NCBI GenBank assembly: GCA_053919585.1
Contig: CM132825.1
From: Euprymna scolopes
Taxonomy: Eukaryota
DNA length: 64,000 bases
Direction: 5' to 3' (one strand)
Shown here: piece after piece, positions 13,019 to 25,500 of the stretch
How the letters are laid out: every line of letters begins with the position of its first letter
Numbering within the stretch: position 1 is the stretch's first letter
Notes under the pieces: generated by a model
Database searches by the model: none
What the model was told of the DNA's origin: nothing
The model's input: the letters and a program-made list of their open reading frames with translations, nothing else
Translations under genes and position numbers: made by a program

Positions 13019-13367
13019 TGTAATTATCATCAGGATAAGAATCATTTGCAACGCACACAATTTGTCGTATCACACTACACAGTCCAGAACGTATAAGATT
13101 TCCTGCCCCGCTAACCGTCACGGGGAGTGTACAAACACGGACAGAGTCTGGTATTTTGTCAGGATCCAAACCATAAATATTTAGATCATCTACGACTTTA
13201 CTTTTTAAGCTGACAATATTAGTGGATGAGGAAATTGGAACAATGTAAAGGTTCACGTTGGTAAGCTTACAATATTTAATTACAAATATCACAGCAGATG
13301 AGCTGAGGGGAAGAGTCAATGTTCCTTGCTCAGACTTTTCTCCACACAGGTAGATATCAATAGACAT
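13019..13367 (-). CDS. GSTCD: GST C-terminal domain-containing protein, first coding exon (3' end lost in the N-gap)
   Basis: Acceptor ttcag at 13410-13411, ATG at 13367. MSIDIYL...LPLSSSAVIFVIKYC...CTLP...RSGLCSVIRQIV resembles the GSTCD N-terminus (PLHTSVTLFLLSYC, CCLP, RAGLAVVLRHII). Confidence 0.85.
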
Positions 13368-15401
13368 TTTGAAGTTCAGATATTGTTCATTAGAAAATAG
13401 ACAGCAATTCTGAAAAAGAATTGAATATAAAGAATTAATATACGGTGCTTCTATATTATACAAACAAAAAATATTGAATTTCAAGTGAAACAAATGGTAC
13501 CTACATAATTGTCAGGTCTCAAATAGTAACATATCCAAAAATTATGAAAAATGATAAGGTAGAAAAATAATTAATAAAAAAAGGAATTTGTAAAAGGAAG
13601 CAAAATTAATTTTTTCCTATTTCTAATGATATCATTTTCTTGTATGATTCGTCGATTTTTTTCCAGGTTGATTTAAATTATTTTGATAACAAATGTGTTT
13701 AGTTACACTTTTTTCAACAACAAATTTTTAATCCTATTTTTTTATATCTGTGCCATTCAAACTGTTAAGATAAAAAACAATGTTTGGTATTTGCCAGGTA
13801 AAATATACAATTCAAAGTTAATTTTAGTAAACAAATCTCCAAGTTGAAAACCTCAGTGAATAAAAACTAGAGAAATTTATTTAAAAAAAAATTATGCGTA
13901 AAAAAACTAATATTAATCTTGAGCGACATCCATAAAAAAGCAGCACGTGTTTTGCTCTTTTGTTTTTCATTTCCTGTTAATTCAGCGTTAAAAGTTGGCC
14001 AAAAGTAGAGTTGGAGATTTTTTTTTCCTCCTTTTATCAGTTTTGATTTTTTACTTAATAAATTTTATTTTAGCCAAAAGTGAACTCAAGGTCAGTTTTT
14101 CTCCACATGTTTGAGGTTTCAATCAGTGCCTATGCATGAAGCTTTGTGAGAAAACACTTTGCCCAGAAAAAAATTCTACATTAAGCATCTGCCAACTTAA
14201 CCCCAAAAGAAAGTGTCAATTTATATTATTGGAATCAATAATCATTGCAGGTGATAAAAGCATGCCTGAATGAAGAGTGAAGAGCTAATTTCTTCTGATG
14301 GTTTTCTGTGCCCTGAGACTAAGCTGAGCATTTCAATCTCCCTGCATATTATATCACTCCTTGTTTTTGTTTGAGATAAACGATAGAGTTAAATATGATA
14401 ATTTCAGTCTTGGTACCAGTTTCATTCGTTTTTTCCATCCATTCCTTGGTTTCTGGTTTAGTTTCATTTTTTTTAGTATTTTGCTGCTTGTTGGGTTAGT
14501 TGGAGGTATTTACATCGAGGGGGCACAAGTATTACAACTTTGTCAGAGTACATTCCATTGAAGTACTTATAAAATAGGCACAGGGATGCAACATTGCATC
14601 AACAAAAAGTTTGGTTCTTAGTGTGTAACCTATTGTGCTAGTGTCCCTATTCAAATCCACAATGGATTCTTTGCGGTAATTAATTGTAATATGCTGTTAT
14701 GACATGATATGTATAAGTTGAGAATTCATCCTTGACGATCAGTTTGACAGAGACTTGGCCATTCTAGTAGTCTTTTATTTGTCAGACCATTTTAGTTCTG
14801 GGTTGTCTTATAAGATTCACCTCCCCAGACTTTACTACCCTCTTTGCAAGCAAGTGAGTGAAATTCAAACTTCCTATAGAACTACTACCCGGGTTTGCTG
14901 ATGGAACTGCCCAGATAATTTTTAAAATGCAAGAATGCTTTATCTCTGGGGTTTTGGCTTATTCTCCCCACCTTCTGACCTTGTGTCACAACATACTTAT
15001 GTGGAAAGAGTGTACTTTGAGATGCTCTGCATACTGGTTGAGGATATATCCTTAACAATCAGTCTGACAAAAAATAAGCTAACTGTGAGAGCGCTGACCT
15101 TGTCTGTCAGGCTGAGGTGTGGTTCTGGGTAGTCCTAAGAGGTCTAATAGAAAGGATTAGTTTATTGCTAACTGACTGAGATGCTCTACCAAGGAATGCT
15201 GATTACTAAGGCATGTTTTGTGAAGCTACAATTCACTACTTCTTGTGCACTGGTGTATCTAATCTTAGTTTCTAAACTTACTTTTATGTAAGCAAGAATG
15301 CACATACCCTCTTGTAGGCTAGCTTTTCAATTTCCACCTTCAGACTTTGTGTTATATCTTTCTGCAGTTTGAGGTAAATATCAGGATTTCTTTTGTTTAA
15401 C

Positions 15402-15605
15402 TGGCCAATTTGGCATAATGGTATGAGTGTTTACTAATGGGCCGGGAGACAGGCGTTCAATCCTTACTAAACACTCAGCATTTATAAGGGGAGGAGGATC
15501 AAGGGCAAGTAGAGTAATCCTAGTAATCGGTGTAAGGGAGGGTACCACTTTATTCAGAAAAGGGAGCCTTCAGGTTGACCTCGACTATAATCGGGCACTT
15601 AGCTT
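15402..15605 (+). mobile_element. tRNA-derived SINE
   Basis: A-box TGGCATAATGG at 15411 and B-box GTTCAATCC at 15455. Related copies at ~3600-3830 (-) and ~61795-62310 (+). Confidence 0.75.
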
Positions 15606-16560
15606 TTGTTGGAATGCTATGAACACTGTCAGGTTTTACTTTCTTTCTTTGAGAAGGAATTCGTTTATTGTCATTTTTCTGCCGAATTGAACATTAAACA
15701 AAATATTGGTAGAACATTACATGTTTGCACAATTTATTTAATGTGCTTCTGCCAGAATTTTGTTTACTTATCAATTTGTGATTACTGAGGCTCAACATGA
15801 GACTGCCATTTTTTCTTTTTCTTGTTTTACATAACAACATTAATAACAATAAATATAATAATAATTTGTCATATTTTTTCACCTCTTTTTTATATTGTTG
15901 ACTATACTAAAAAATGCTCCTCCTTTCTTTAGCTATCCTTTTTTATAAACCATTATAGGAGATAGTCATATAATTCACAAGGAGTTCGCTCCGTTATTGT
16001 TTTCCGCCCCCCCCCCTTACCCCTCCAATGTAAACAGAATTTTTGTGAAATATTAAATGGTTCTTCTGCTCGATTAATGTTGGTACAGTATTTACGGAAA
16101 AATGGTTAATTAAACTGCAGAAGCACCTGTTAAAAACTATACAAGTACTATAACTGAATATACCCCTCCAAAAAAAAAAAAAAACGAAAAACATAAAAGT
16201 ATGTCTTTGTAAACCGTTTATGAAAACTAACTGACAACTTATTAGCGTCGTAAATTATGAGATGAAAATAAAAATGAACGAATCTCTTAGTAAAAGAGAG
16301 TTGTCGCCTTCTGCAAAATGATAAATTGTAAAACAGCACCATTTTTCTATTATTAATTTGCACATGTATATTAAAAATGAAAATTGAGGATTTAAAGAGT
16401 CGGTTTCAATCGAAGAATTTTTTTTTCTGCTGACTAATATATTTTATATTTTCTTTTGTATTGTAAGACGGACTTAGGGTTGGTGTTTTCAGTTTCTTTG
16501 TTGCTTTTAACCTCACAAGACTAATCCTATGTCTGTCATGGATGGCAAATGGAAGTTCTT

Positions 16561-16603
<43 letters not shown>

Positions 16604-16605
<2 letters not shown>

Positions 16606-17100
16606 TCTATATATCTACAAAAGTGAAATTGTCTGTATGTACATTTCCCTACCAAACTACTCTGTCAGTTTTCAGTCTACAGACTCAAGATTTGACATAA
16701 GGGGTATTGAGATTTGAGAAAATCTTTTTATTCGGTTTCGGCCAGAAATTAGGCTGTCAAGGGATCAAAATTGGGGTCAAAGTTTTAAAAAAATTGACTC
16801 TACCAAATTACTCATCCAATTTTTGGTCTAAACATTTGAAATTTTCATAAGTCATATTCAGACATAGAGCAAGCTTTTTAATCAGTTTTTGGCCGAAAAT
16901 TTGACTGCCAAGGGTCAACATTCAAAAGATTTTACCTTTACGGTCTCTAGCAAAATATTCAGCCAATTTTGGGTCTAAACATTTGAAATTTTACATAAAG
17001 GGTATTCAGACATGCAGCAAGCTTTTAAATCAGTTTTGGGTGAAAATTTGGCTGCCATGAAGTCCAAATTTCCAAGAAGTCGAAATTTTAGATTAAGTTA
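16604..17100 (+). mobile_element. Helitron family 5' partial
   Basis: TCTATATATCTACAAAAGTGAAATTGTCTG start and the same internal repeats, between two (TA)n tracts. Confidence 0.75.
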
Positions 17101-17118
17101 TCTGGACATGAGTTAAAC

Positions 17119-17207
<89 letters not shown>

Positions 17208-18425
17208 TAAAGTTATGAACAGTACATAGGGCTCGAGCAANNNNNNNNNNNNNNNNNNNNNNNNNNNNNNNNNNNNNNNNNNNNNNNNNNNNNNNNNNNN
17301 NNNNNNNNNNNNNNNNNNNNNNNNNNNNNNNNNNNNNNNNNNNNNNNNNNNNNNNNNNNNNNNNNNNNNNNNNNNNNNNNNNNNNNNNNNNNNNNNNNNN
17401 NNNNNNNNNNNNNNNNNNNNNNAAGTGGGAGTGCCGGTGTGGTGGTGTGGTGCGCCGGTGCGGTGCGCGTGCGGTGATGAGGAAAACTGCATACGTGAAC
17501 GTGCACTCACTGCACTGCAATGCATGTATGGTTTATACGGCAATTTTGCCAGGAAGAAATGTGTCGGTTAATTAAAAAAAAAAAGTTAATACTAAATTTA
17601 TTTTAACACTAATGAAAAAAAACCAAAAAAAAAACCGGAGATTGTGCAGTGAAGCCAATAAATAAAACAAATCAAATATACAATAAATATGTTACCGAAC
17701 CCAATATAAGTTACTTTTCTACCTACATGGTTCATGTTTTTTTTGTTTTTTTTTTGCATGTCTTGAAATAGTTTTAAATGCTCTTTATTTAATCTCAAAT
17801 ATTCCACTTTTACGAGGTGTTAGCCAATAAAGATTACCGCCGAAACATGACTGTCGGCAGTTATCTTTGTAAAAAGGAAATATTTGCGATGAAATAAAAA
17901 GCATTTAAAACTACTTTAAAACACACACACACAAATGCGCCAGGTAGGTATAAAAATAATTTTTATTGGATATGGTAACATTTATTTATAGTATATTTGA
18001 GTTTTTTTTGTTTTACCCTTCTAGATTGTTGCCCCCCCCCCCCAACAAAAAATAAAAACTACAATTTTTTAACCATTGCATGTGGTCTTTCCAATAAAAT
18101 TATATGGGTCGGGAGACGATGTTTACCCAGAATCTTATTTTAGTTCAATGATTTTTTTTTTTTTTTAATTAAAATTAAAATGAAATAAAATAACAGAAGA
18201 AAGCTTACGTAGAAAAAATGAATGACAGCCGGTGTATATGGAAATAATTACGGTGCAAAAAAACAAGTCCCTTAAAAAAAAAAGCGACTTAAAAAATGGA
18301 TATTATCAGTAAAATCACATCCTCCAAACCGTTTTTTTTTTTGTTTTTTTTTGTGACTTGTTTTTTTCCTACATATTTTAGACCATTATTTAAATCCATC
18401 GCAAATTATTAGTTTGCAAAAATAT

Positions 18426-18594
18426 TTATATTTGAATATGACCTTTTTCATGTTTTTCCACTAACTTGAGGAAAATACCTCCATCCGCAGTAAGAAAAGA
18501 ATTAACAAAATCATCCCTTCTCCATGTCAAGAATGTCTTTCTAAATTTGCCTGGTGGGGTTTTATAACTGTACAAGTGTGGTTGTCTTATGTAC
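18426..18594 (-). pseudogene. Possible innexin-like C-terminal exon (orphan)
   Basis: aatttcag acceptor, then (R)YIRQPHL...DDFVNSFLTADGGIFLKLVEK, resembling the innexin post-TM4 motif RYIxxHL...FVxxYLxxDGxFxLKLV. No other innexin exons were found. Confidence 0.35.
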
Positions 18595-19128
18595 CTGAAA
18601 TTAACCAATCAGTCGCAACAATTTGAAATTAACGAAAATTCGTCTGCTTATTAATGATAACTAGTGTTTATTTTTACGTCCTACTTTGGAAGATGGGTTT
18701 TCCCTACGTTAAAACCTATTTTATAATTTTTATTCCCTGATGGGGAGGCAATTAAATAGGAACAACATAGTAAATGGTAAAAGTACAAAATAATTAACAA
18801 TTAAAAATTTGTAAAATAAAAATCATTAAAAAACAGTAAAAAATAAGAAAATGGCAATGAATGCCTTCACTCACTACAATTACAGGCAGAAGCTAATTCT
18901 CACGACTCCAGATTTGAAATCCATTTTCTCCCTGGCTTGTCCAATCACAAGCCAGCTCTCAATAAAGTGACCAAGTACATAAAAGGCGAAATCTGAAACC
19001 GTTTTCCTCTTTCTTGCTGCTCTGGCCCCGGCTGAACATGAGTACTACAAGCTAACATAGCGACCCTTCTAATTACTATTTATTTCCACTTGTGGTACCC
19101 AAACGGACATCTTTATCATGCTAAAGAC

Positions 19129-19165
<37 letters not shown>

Positions 19166-20202
19166 CAACACATTAATACATTGAAGACTTTGCCCTTTCT
19201 TTCTCCTTTAATCGGCTTCCTTTGTCCCAGTGATTACTAGCTATAAACATGTGTAAACGGAACTGAACTATTCTCTCCTCAACAAGCCGGCAATATATTA
19301 ATTCTATCTTTACATAAGAACACTTCAACCTACTGTTTCTCTCTTCTACTAACACTACTAACGGAAATGACACATAAAGTTGTTCATTAATATAGAATGA
19401 AACTCCATTGCATTGTCTCTTCATTTTTATATATGAATGAAAATATAATTATCTACTGTCCTATATACTTTGACCCCTTAACCTTATTTTGGTCTCAAAT
19501 CAAAATACAACGTTTTTCCCATGTCCAAGTTACCTACATCTAAAATTTCAAGTGTTTAGACCCAAAATTGGAGGAGGAATTTGGTAGAATCTGCAAAAGT
19601 AAACTCTTTCAACTTTGAACTTTTGGCAGCCAAATTTTTGCAGCAGAACTGATTAAAATGATTGCCGTATAAGTGAATACCTGTTACATATAAATTTCAA
19701 ATGTTTAGACCCAAAATTAGCTGAGTAGTTTGCTAGACACCGCAAAGGCCAAATTTCCGACCCAAACTGATTAAAAAGCTTGCCCTATCTCTGAGTACAC
19801 TTTATGTAAAATTTCAAATGTTTAGACCAAAAATTGGCTAAGTAATTTGGTAGAGATCGCAGAGATCAATTTTTTAAAAACTTTGACATCAATTTTGACC
19901 CCTTAACATTTATTTTTTGGGGCTCAAATCAAATTATAAAGTTTGATCCATGTCCAAGTAACCTATATTCAAAATTTCGAGTGTTTAGACCCAAAATTGG
20001 CAGAGGAATTTGATAGAGTTTTCAGCGGTCAAATCGTTGAACTTTGACCTCTTGACAGTCAAATTTCTGGCCAAAAATCGATTAAAAAGATTTTTCCAAA
20101 TCTCAATACCCCTTATGTCAAATCTCGAGTCTCTTGACAGAGTTATTTGGTAGGGAAATGTACACAGACAGACAGACAGTTTCACTTTGATATATATATA
20201 TA

Positions 20203-21054
20203 CTAGCATGGGTGCCCGGCGTTGCCCGGGTGTTTGGAGGTGTCAAACCCGTACCGCGAAGGAGGAAAAGAACGGGAAAAAACGTTTCGTCTTTGCTGTT
20301 ACAACCATCGCCAAACTGAAAGTGACGTAGGTTTAAATTAAAGCTAGACAATCGAAAAGAGGGGATGACTTTCGAAAATATCGGTGAAAAAAGCGACCCC
20401 TCCATGTAGAAAAGTGCTCATTTGAGGGTGAAGAAATTAACGTTTTTAGCTGATTTTTCGGTATTTGTTGTCTGAAGGGTCGAGTTTCAAACGATACTGA
20501 TCTTGTGAAAATCCATCACCTCTGTCGAAAGTTTTAGGCAGACATGCAAACATACATACATACATACATACATTTATATATTGGTAGCACAAATTTTCGA
20601 CCCAAAACCGATTAAAAGACTTGTCCTATCTCTGAATACCCTTTATGTAAAATTTCAAATGCTTAAACCAGAAATTGTCTGAGTAATTTGGTAGAGAACG
20701 CAGAGGTCAAATTTTTTTAAAACTTTGAACCCTATTATGACCTCTTAACTTTTATTGTTTTGGGCTCAAATCAAATTATTGTTAGATCCATGTCCAAGAA
20801 CCTATATCTAAAATTTCAAGTGTTTAGATCCAAAATTAGTGGAGGAGTTTGGTAGAGTTTTCAAATGTCAAATCGTTGAACTTTGACCCCTTAACAGCCA
20901 AATTTCTGGCCGTAAACTGGTTACAAAGATTTTCCCAAATCTCCATATGCTGTATATCAAATGTCGAGTCTGTAGACTGAAAATTGACAGAGATATTGTG
21001 TACATAGACAGACACACAGACAGACAGACAGACAGACATTTTCACTTTTATAGA
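20203..21054 (-). mobile_element. Complete non-autonomous Helitron unit
   Basis: 5' TCTATAAAAGTGAAA, (GTCT)n, internal GACCCAAAATTGG-type repeats, 3' hairpin CCCGGGCAACGCCGGG, terminal CTAG. Confidence 0.85.
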
Positions 21055-21649
21055 TATATATATATATATCTAGCATGGGTGCCCGGCATTGGGCGGGTGT
21101 TTAGCGATGTATGCTGAGCAAAAAAAAACAAACAAAAAAAAACGGTAAATTTTTTAAACTTTGACCCCTATTATGACCTTAAAATTTATTGTTTTGGGCT
21201 CAAATCAAGTTATTAAGTTAGATCCATGTCCAAGGAACCTATATCTAAAATTTCAAGTGTTTAGACCCAAAATTGTCGGAGGAGTTTGGTAGAGTTCTCA
21301 AAGGTCAAATCGTTGAACTTTGACCTCTTAATCACTAAATTTCTGGCCGAAAACCGATCACATTGATTTTCCCAAATCTCAGTACTCTGTATATCAAATT
21401 TTGAGTCTGTAGACTTTAAATTGACAGGGTTATTGCGTAGGGAAATATACACCCACAGACACACAGATACACTCACAGACAGACAGACANNNNNNNNNNN
21501 NNNNNNNNNNNNNNNNNNNNNNNNNNNNNNNNNNNNNNNNNNNNNNNNNNNNNNNNNNNNNNNNNNNNNNNNNNNNNNNNNNNNNNNNNNNNNNNNNNNN
21601 NNNNNNNNNNNNNNNNNNNNNGACGTATACATAAATATATATGAAAACA

Positions 21650-21925
21650 AATATTATGCAAGTATAAATCATGTAGAATATCTGCATGAATATAATTACA
21701 CATAATAGTTAACTCTAGATGATCATCCCATGAGAAAACCAAAAAAACTAATAGGGAATTAATTAAAATGAATGTTTAAAAGAATATGCAAATTAGCTAG
21801 ATCGTTTGCTAGTAAATGCAATTCCACAACCAAGATATAACAAAAATGTTTTTTTTTGTTTTTTTAAATAGAAGAGAGGGTTTTTAATATGAATATCTAT
21901 ACACACAAAAGAAAACCTAATTTAT
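21650..21925 (+). repeat. Interspersed repeat with an inverted copy at ~51875-52155
   Basis: Shared text TATTA(T/C)GCAAGTATAAATC..GTAGAATATCTGCATGAATATAATTACA...GATGATCATCCCAT. Confidence 0.75.
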
Positions 21926-22373
21926 AGGAGTAGAGATTGATAGAGAAAAGTTGGTAGAGACCACAGAGGTCAATTTTTTTTTAACTTTGACCCCTATTAT
22001 GACACCTTAACATTTATTGCTTTGGGCTCAAATTAAATTAAAATGTTTGCTCCATGTCCAAGTAACCTACATCTAAAATTTCAAGCGTTTAGACCCAAAA
22101 TTGGTGGAGAAGTTTAGTAAAGTCTGCAAAGGTCAACTCTGTAAACTTTGACCTCTTGCAAGCCAAAATTTCGGCGAAAAACTCATTAAAAAGCTTGCTG
22201 CATGTCTGAATACCCTTTCGAAAACCAATTAAAAAGATTTTTGTAAATCTCAATACCCCTTGTCAAATCTCGGGTCTGCAGAGTTATTTGGAAGGGAAGT
22301 GTACACAGACAGACAGACATTTTCACTTTTATATATATATATATATAGTAATTTATAAAATATATATGGCGAT

Positions 22374-22426
22374 TAAGCTACACTGAATATTCTGCGTTTC
22401 ATCCACTATAGGATTCGTCAGGCTTA
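22374..22426 (-). ncRNA. Type I hammerhead ribozyme, identical second copy (sense to the PLE ORF)
   Basis: Exact reverse complement of 25154-25206. Confidence 0.92.
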
Positions 22427-23053
22427 TGCGCGAATTCTGTGGTTGCTTCTTGTTTTTATATATGTTGAGGATTTCTAGTTAGCCAATCAGCTTTATTATT
22501 ATTGTTAGTTTTAAAGCTATTTTTTATATATCGCTATCCTAGAGTAAGTTTTATTTTGTGAACACAGTTGTTTGCTATTTCTCGTCTACAATTTAATAGA
22601 TTTTGAGGTTCTTTAAAGTACAGGATAGCAAATTTTTCATGGAGGCATAATTTACATGGGTCATCTAAATGTCTGCACGTGGTAGCTTGTCTCATTATTT
22701 TCCATTCGACTACCGGCGAATGTCCGCTTTCTTTAAGTTCCCAGTATTTATTCGCTAGTGCTATTTTTATACGGTGTTTTTTATTTTTGAATGTACTTTT
22801 GTGGTTATAGTATCGGGTTTTGAAATCTAAGGAAGTCATGCCTATGTAATATTTCTTGTTATTCGGGTTTTCTTTCGCAAATATTGTTTCTTGATAAACT
22901 ACGCTTTTTGTTAGGCATTTATTTTGGACTGGGCAAAGTGTGCGGTGTCTACAATTGCATTTATCTTGTTCGTTATTAGTATTTTAATTTATGGTATGGT
23001 TGTTCTTGTCCGGGGTTGGTTTGTTATTATTATTATTATTATTATTATTCTTA

Positions 23054-23106
<53 letters not shown>

Positions 23107-25153
23107 TCTGCTAGTGTTGGTTTTATTTCTGTCATGGTGTCTACTTTTTTATTGTTTATTTTGTTGTTGTTTACATTGTTTTCATTTAGTATTTTGTTAT
23201 TAAGTGCTTTAATTATCATCTCTAAATTTTCGCAACAACTGTAAGATAACTTCAAGGTATTTTTATTGAAGATTTTGTGTAAGGGGTTGGTTGCGGGAAA
23301 GTGTTTTTCAGTAAGATCTAGAAATTTCTTGCCAAGTTTTGTTTTTAACATTTGATTGTATGGGGCCGTATACCAAATTATAGTTCTTTTTTTTCTATTT
23401 TTAATTTTATTATAGTTGTTGGTGTTTTGTTGCTTATATTTGATATCGATATTTTTGTATCCACTATTTTTTAGGGCTGTTTCGTAGACATTGGTTGACC
23501 TGTTAAATGCATTTTCATCACTTGAGTTATTACTGAGTCTACTTACGATCGAGTTAGGAATGTGTTTTATAATTGATGGTGGGTGGTTGGACTTAGGGTT
23601 TATGTAAATTGGAGTAGCGTTATCTTTTAAGTATGGTTCATATGTGTTTTTATCCAAGTTTAACGTGACGTCCAGGAAGTTTGTTATTTTTATGTTAGCT
23701 GATACGTCCGCTTTTAGACCTAATTTTTTTATTTCTTTGTGTATGATTTTCTTAAAGTTTTCTCCCTTGACTTTTTTGGAGTTTTTTCATTATAGCTAGT
23801 CCGTCATCTCTATATAGGCCGATATCCGTAGTATCGAATATGCTTGTGAGGGTATATAGAATGAATAATCCCACAAGATCTGATGCCTCTGCAGAATCCC
23901 TGGCACCCATCGCCAAATCAAACAAATTTTTCATTTTAGTTTTATCCATTAGTTATTGTTATTTATTAGAACTGATTTTCTACATTTTTTAATGATGTTG
24001 ATTTCTTCCGAGGATATATCAGTGTATGCCTCGGCAAATTCTAGGGCAATGTTAAAAAGTTCTTCAGATATCGAGGGATAGAAGTCTATGATGTCAAACT
24101 GTATAAACGTACATTTATCTTTGTTTTCTATATTTTTAAACCAGGTGATTGCTTCAGTAGTATTTGCCCACTGGTTTAGTTCTAGGTCCTGTTTGATTTG
24201 TTTGTTTACTCTAGAAAGTATAGTTTTGCTAATTCTACCTATTTCTGGTTTAGTTGGGTTTATCAGGCGGGTGCTGGGATTATTATTAAAGTCCCATTTG
24301 TGGTCTTTAAGCAGAATGTATGACTCTCTAGGTTTCAATTTGCCAAGTTTATCGCTAATTTTTTGTTTATCGGTAATTTGTTTACTTTCAGTATTTATTA
24401 TATCTATGTAGTCGCATTTGTTTGTGTCTAGTTTTTTGTAGTTTTTTGTAATGTTTTCTGAGATTAGTTTGTTATATTCTTGCTTATCTATTTTATAAAA
24501 GTTTCTGGTTTTATCTGCTTTTACAAAGATTTTATTAGAGTTGTTTATGTTTCTAACGATTTTGTGTAGTTTCCGTTGGAAATTGTTAGGTTGATTATGG
24601 AATTCTAGGTTTTTAATTACGTTTAAAAGGTCATTTTCAAAGTTTATCAAAAGGTCTACTGTTTTCGCATTTTTAAGGGTTTTAAAACCATAGGATTCTT
24701 TTTTGTTTACGTTTTCATTTTTAAGGAAGAAATTTGCTCGCCATTGCATTCGGCGTATTAGTTCATCTATTTTTTGGATTAATTTAATAATATAGCTATG
24801 CTATGCTAGCTTTAAAACTAACAATAACAATAGAAAACAAACAAATAAATAAATTAAATAAACATGAANNNNNNNNNNNNNNNNNNNNNNNNNNNNNNNN
24901 NNNNNNNNNNNNNNNNNNNNNNNNNNNNNNNNNNNNNNNNNNNNNNNNNNNNNNNNNNNNNNNNNNNNNNNNNNNNNNNNNNNNNNNNNNNNNNNNNNNN
25001 NNNACTAACCTAGTTCTAAAACAGATCCTTCGTTCAATAAAATGCATGCCCATTGGCTGATAGGAAGGGGCGCGGTGGATACTAGAAAGCTGATTGGCTA
25101 ACTAGAAATCCTCAACATATATAAAAACAAGAAGCAACCACAGAATTCGCGCA

Positions 25154-25206
25154 TAAGCCTGACGAATCCTATAGTGGATGAAACGCAGAATATTCAGTGT
25201 AGCTTA
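25154..25206 (+). ncRNA. Type I hammerhead ribozyme (PLE pLTR)
   Basis: TAAGC-CTGACGA-ATCC(tatagt)GGAT-GAAA-CGCAGAATATTCAGTG-TA-GCTTA. Full core, stems I-III, GUA cleavage triplet. Confidence 0.92.
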
Positions 25207-25336
25207 ATCGCCATATATATTTTATAAATTACTAACTAGCTCTACCTACGTATTGAGCACTTTTGAAGTAAATACTTAAAGTTTACGCATAAATCTATAC
25301 TTTCGTATATTAGGTTTATGTGAGTAAATGAAGTAG

Positions 25337-25386
<50 letters not shown>

Positions 25387-25411
25387 TGTGCTTGAATAAT
25401 GACTTGCTGCC

Positions 25412-25500
<89 letters not shown>

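Larger units (their letters stand above)
19470..22335 (-). repeat. Head-to-tail array of about four non-autonomous Helitron units or partials
   Basis: Same termini and internal repeats at 19470-20195, 20203-21054, 21070-21489 and 21940-22335. The first three are separated by short (TA)n tracts. Confidence 0.8.
22346..25337 (-). mobile_element. Penelope-like retroelement, Neptune type (RT + GIY-YIG), 5'-truncated with an inverted copy of its 3' end; frameshifted
   Basis: RT motifs KADK, FDIIDFYPSI, GARDSAE, LYRDDGL. Cys linker CNCRHRTLCPVQNKC, VVY...YIG nuclease, CKLCLHEK. 149-bp inverted repeat 22346-22494 / 25086-25234. (TA)n on both flanks. Confidence 0.93.

Noticed and set aside
12374-13060. 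ORFs spanning N-runs (also at 17088, 21261, 24796, 29391 and 47362)
   Set aside because: Their length comes from assembly gaps. Only the GSTCD portion 13019-13367 is supported.
17423-17560. GC-rich island next to a gap
   Set aside because: Short, low-complexity and gap-adjacent, with no RNA or protein motif recognised.
13410-18220. GSTCD non-coding first exon and promoter
   Set aside because: Several candidate minus-strand donors (~16020, ~17836, ~18208) and CCAAT/E-box motifs exist, but none can be chosen from sequence alone.
19173-19424. QCNGVSFYINEQLY as the innexin QCVLPINxFNEKIY motif
   Set aside because: The spacing matches, but residues are poorly conserved and no FLWFW/TM4 follows. 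Probably chance.
22924-23244. Poly-Ile/Leu membrane-protein ORFs
   Set aside because: Antisense translation of the (AAT)n tract in the PLE.
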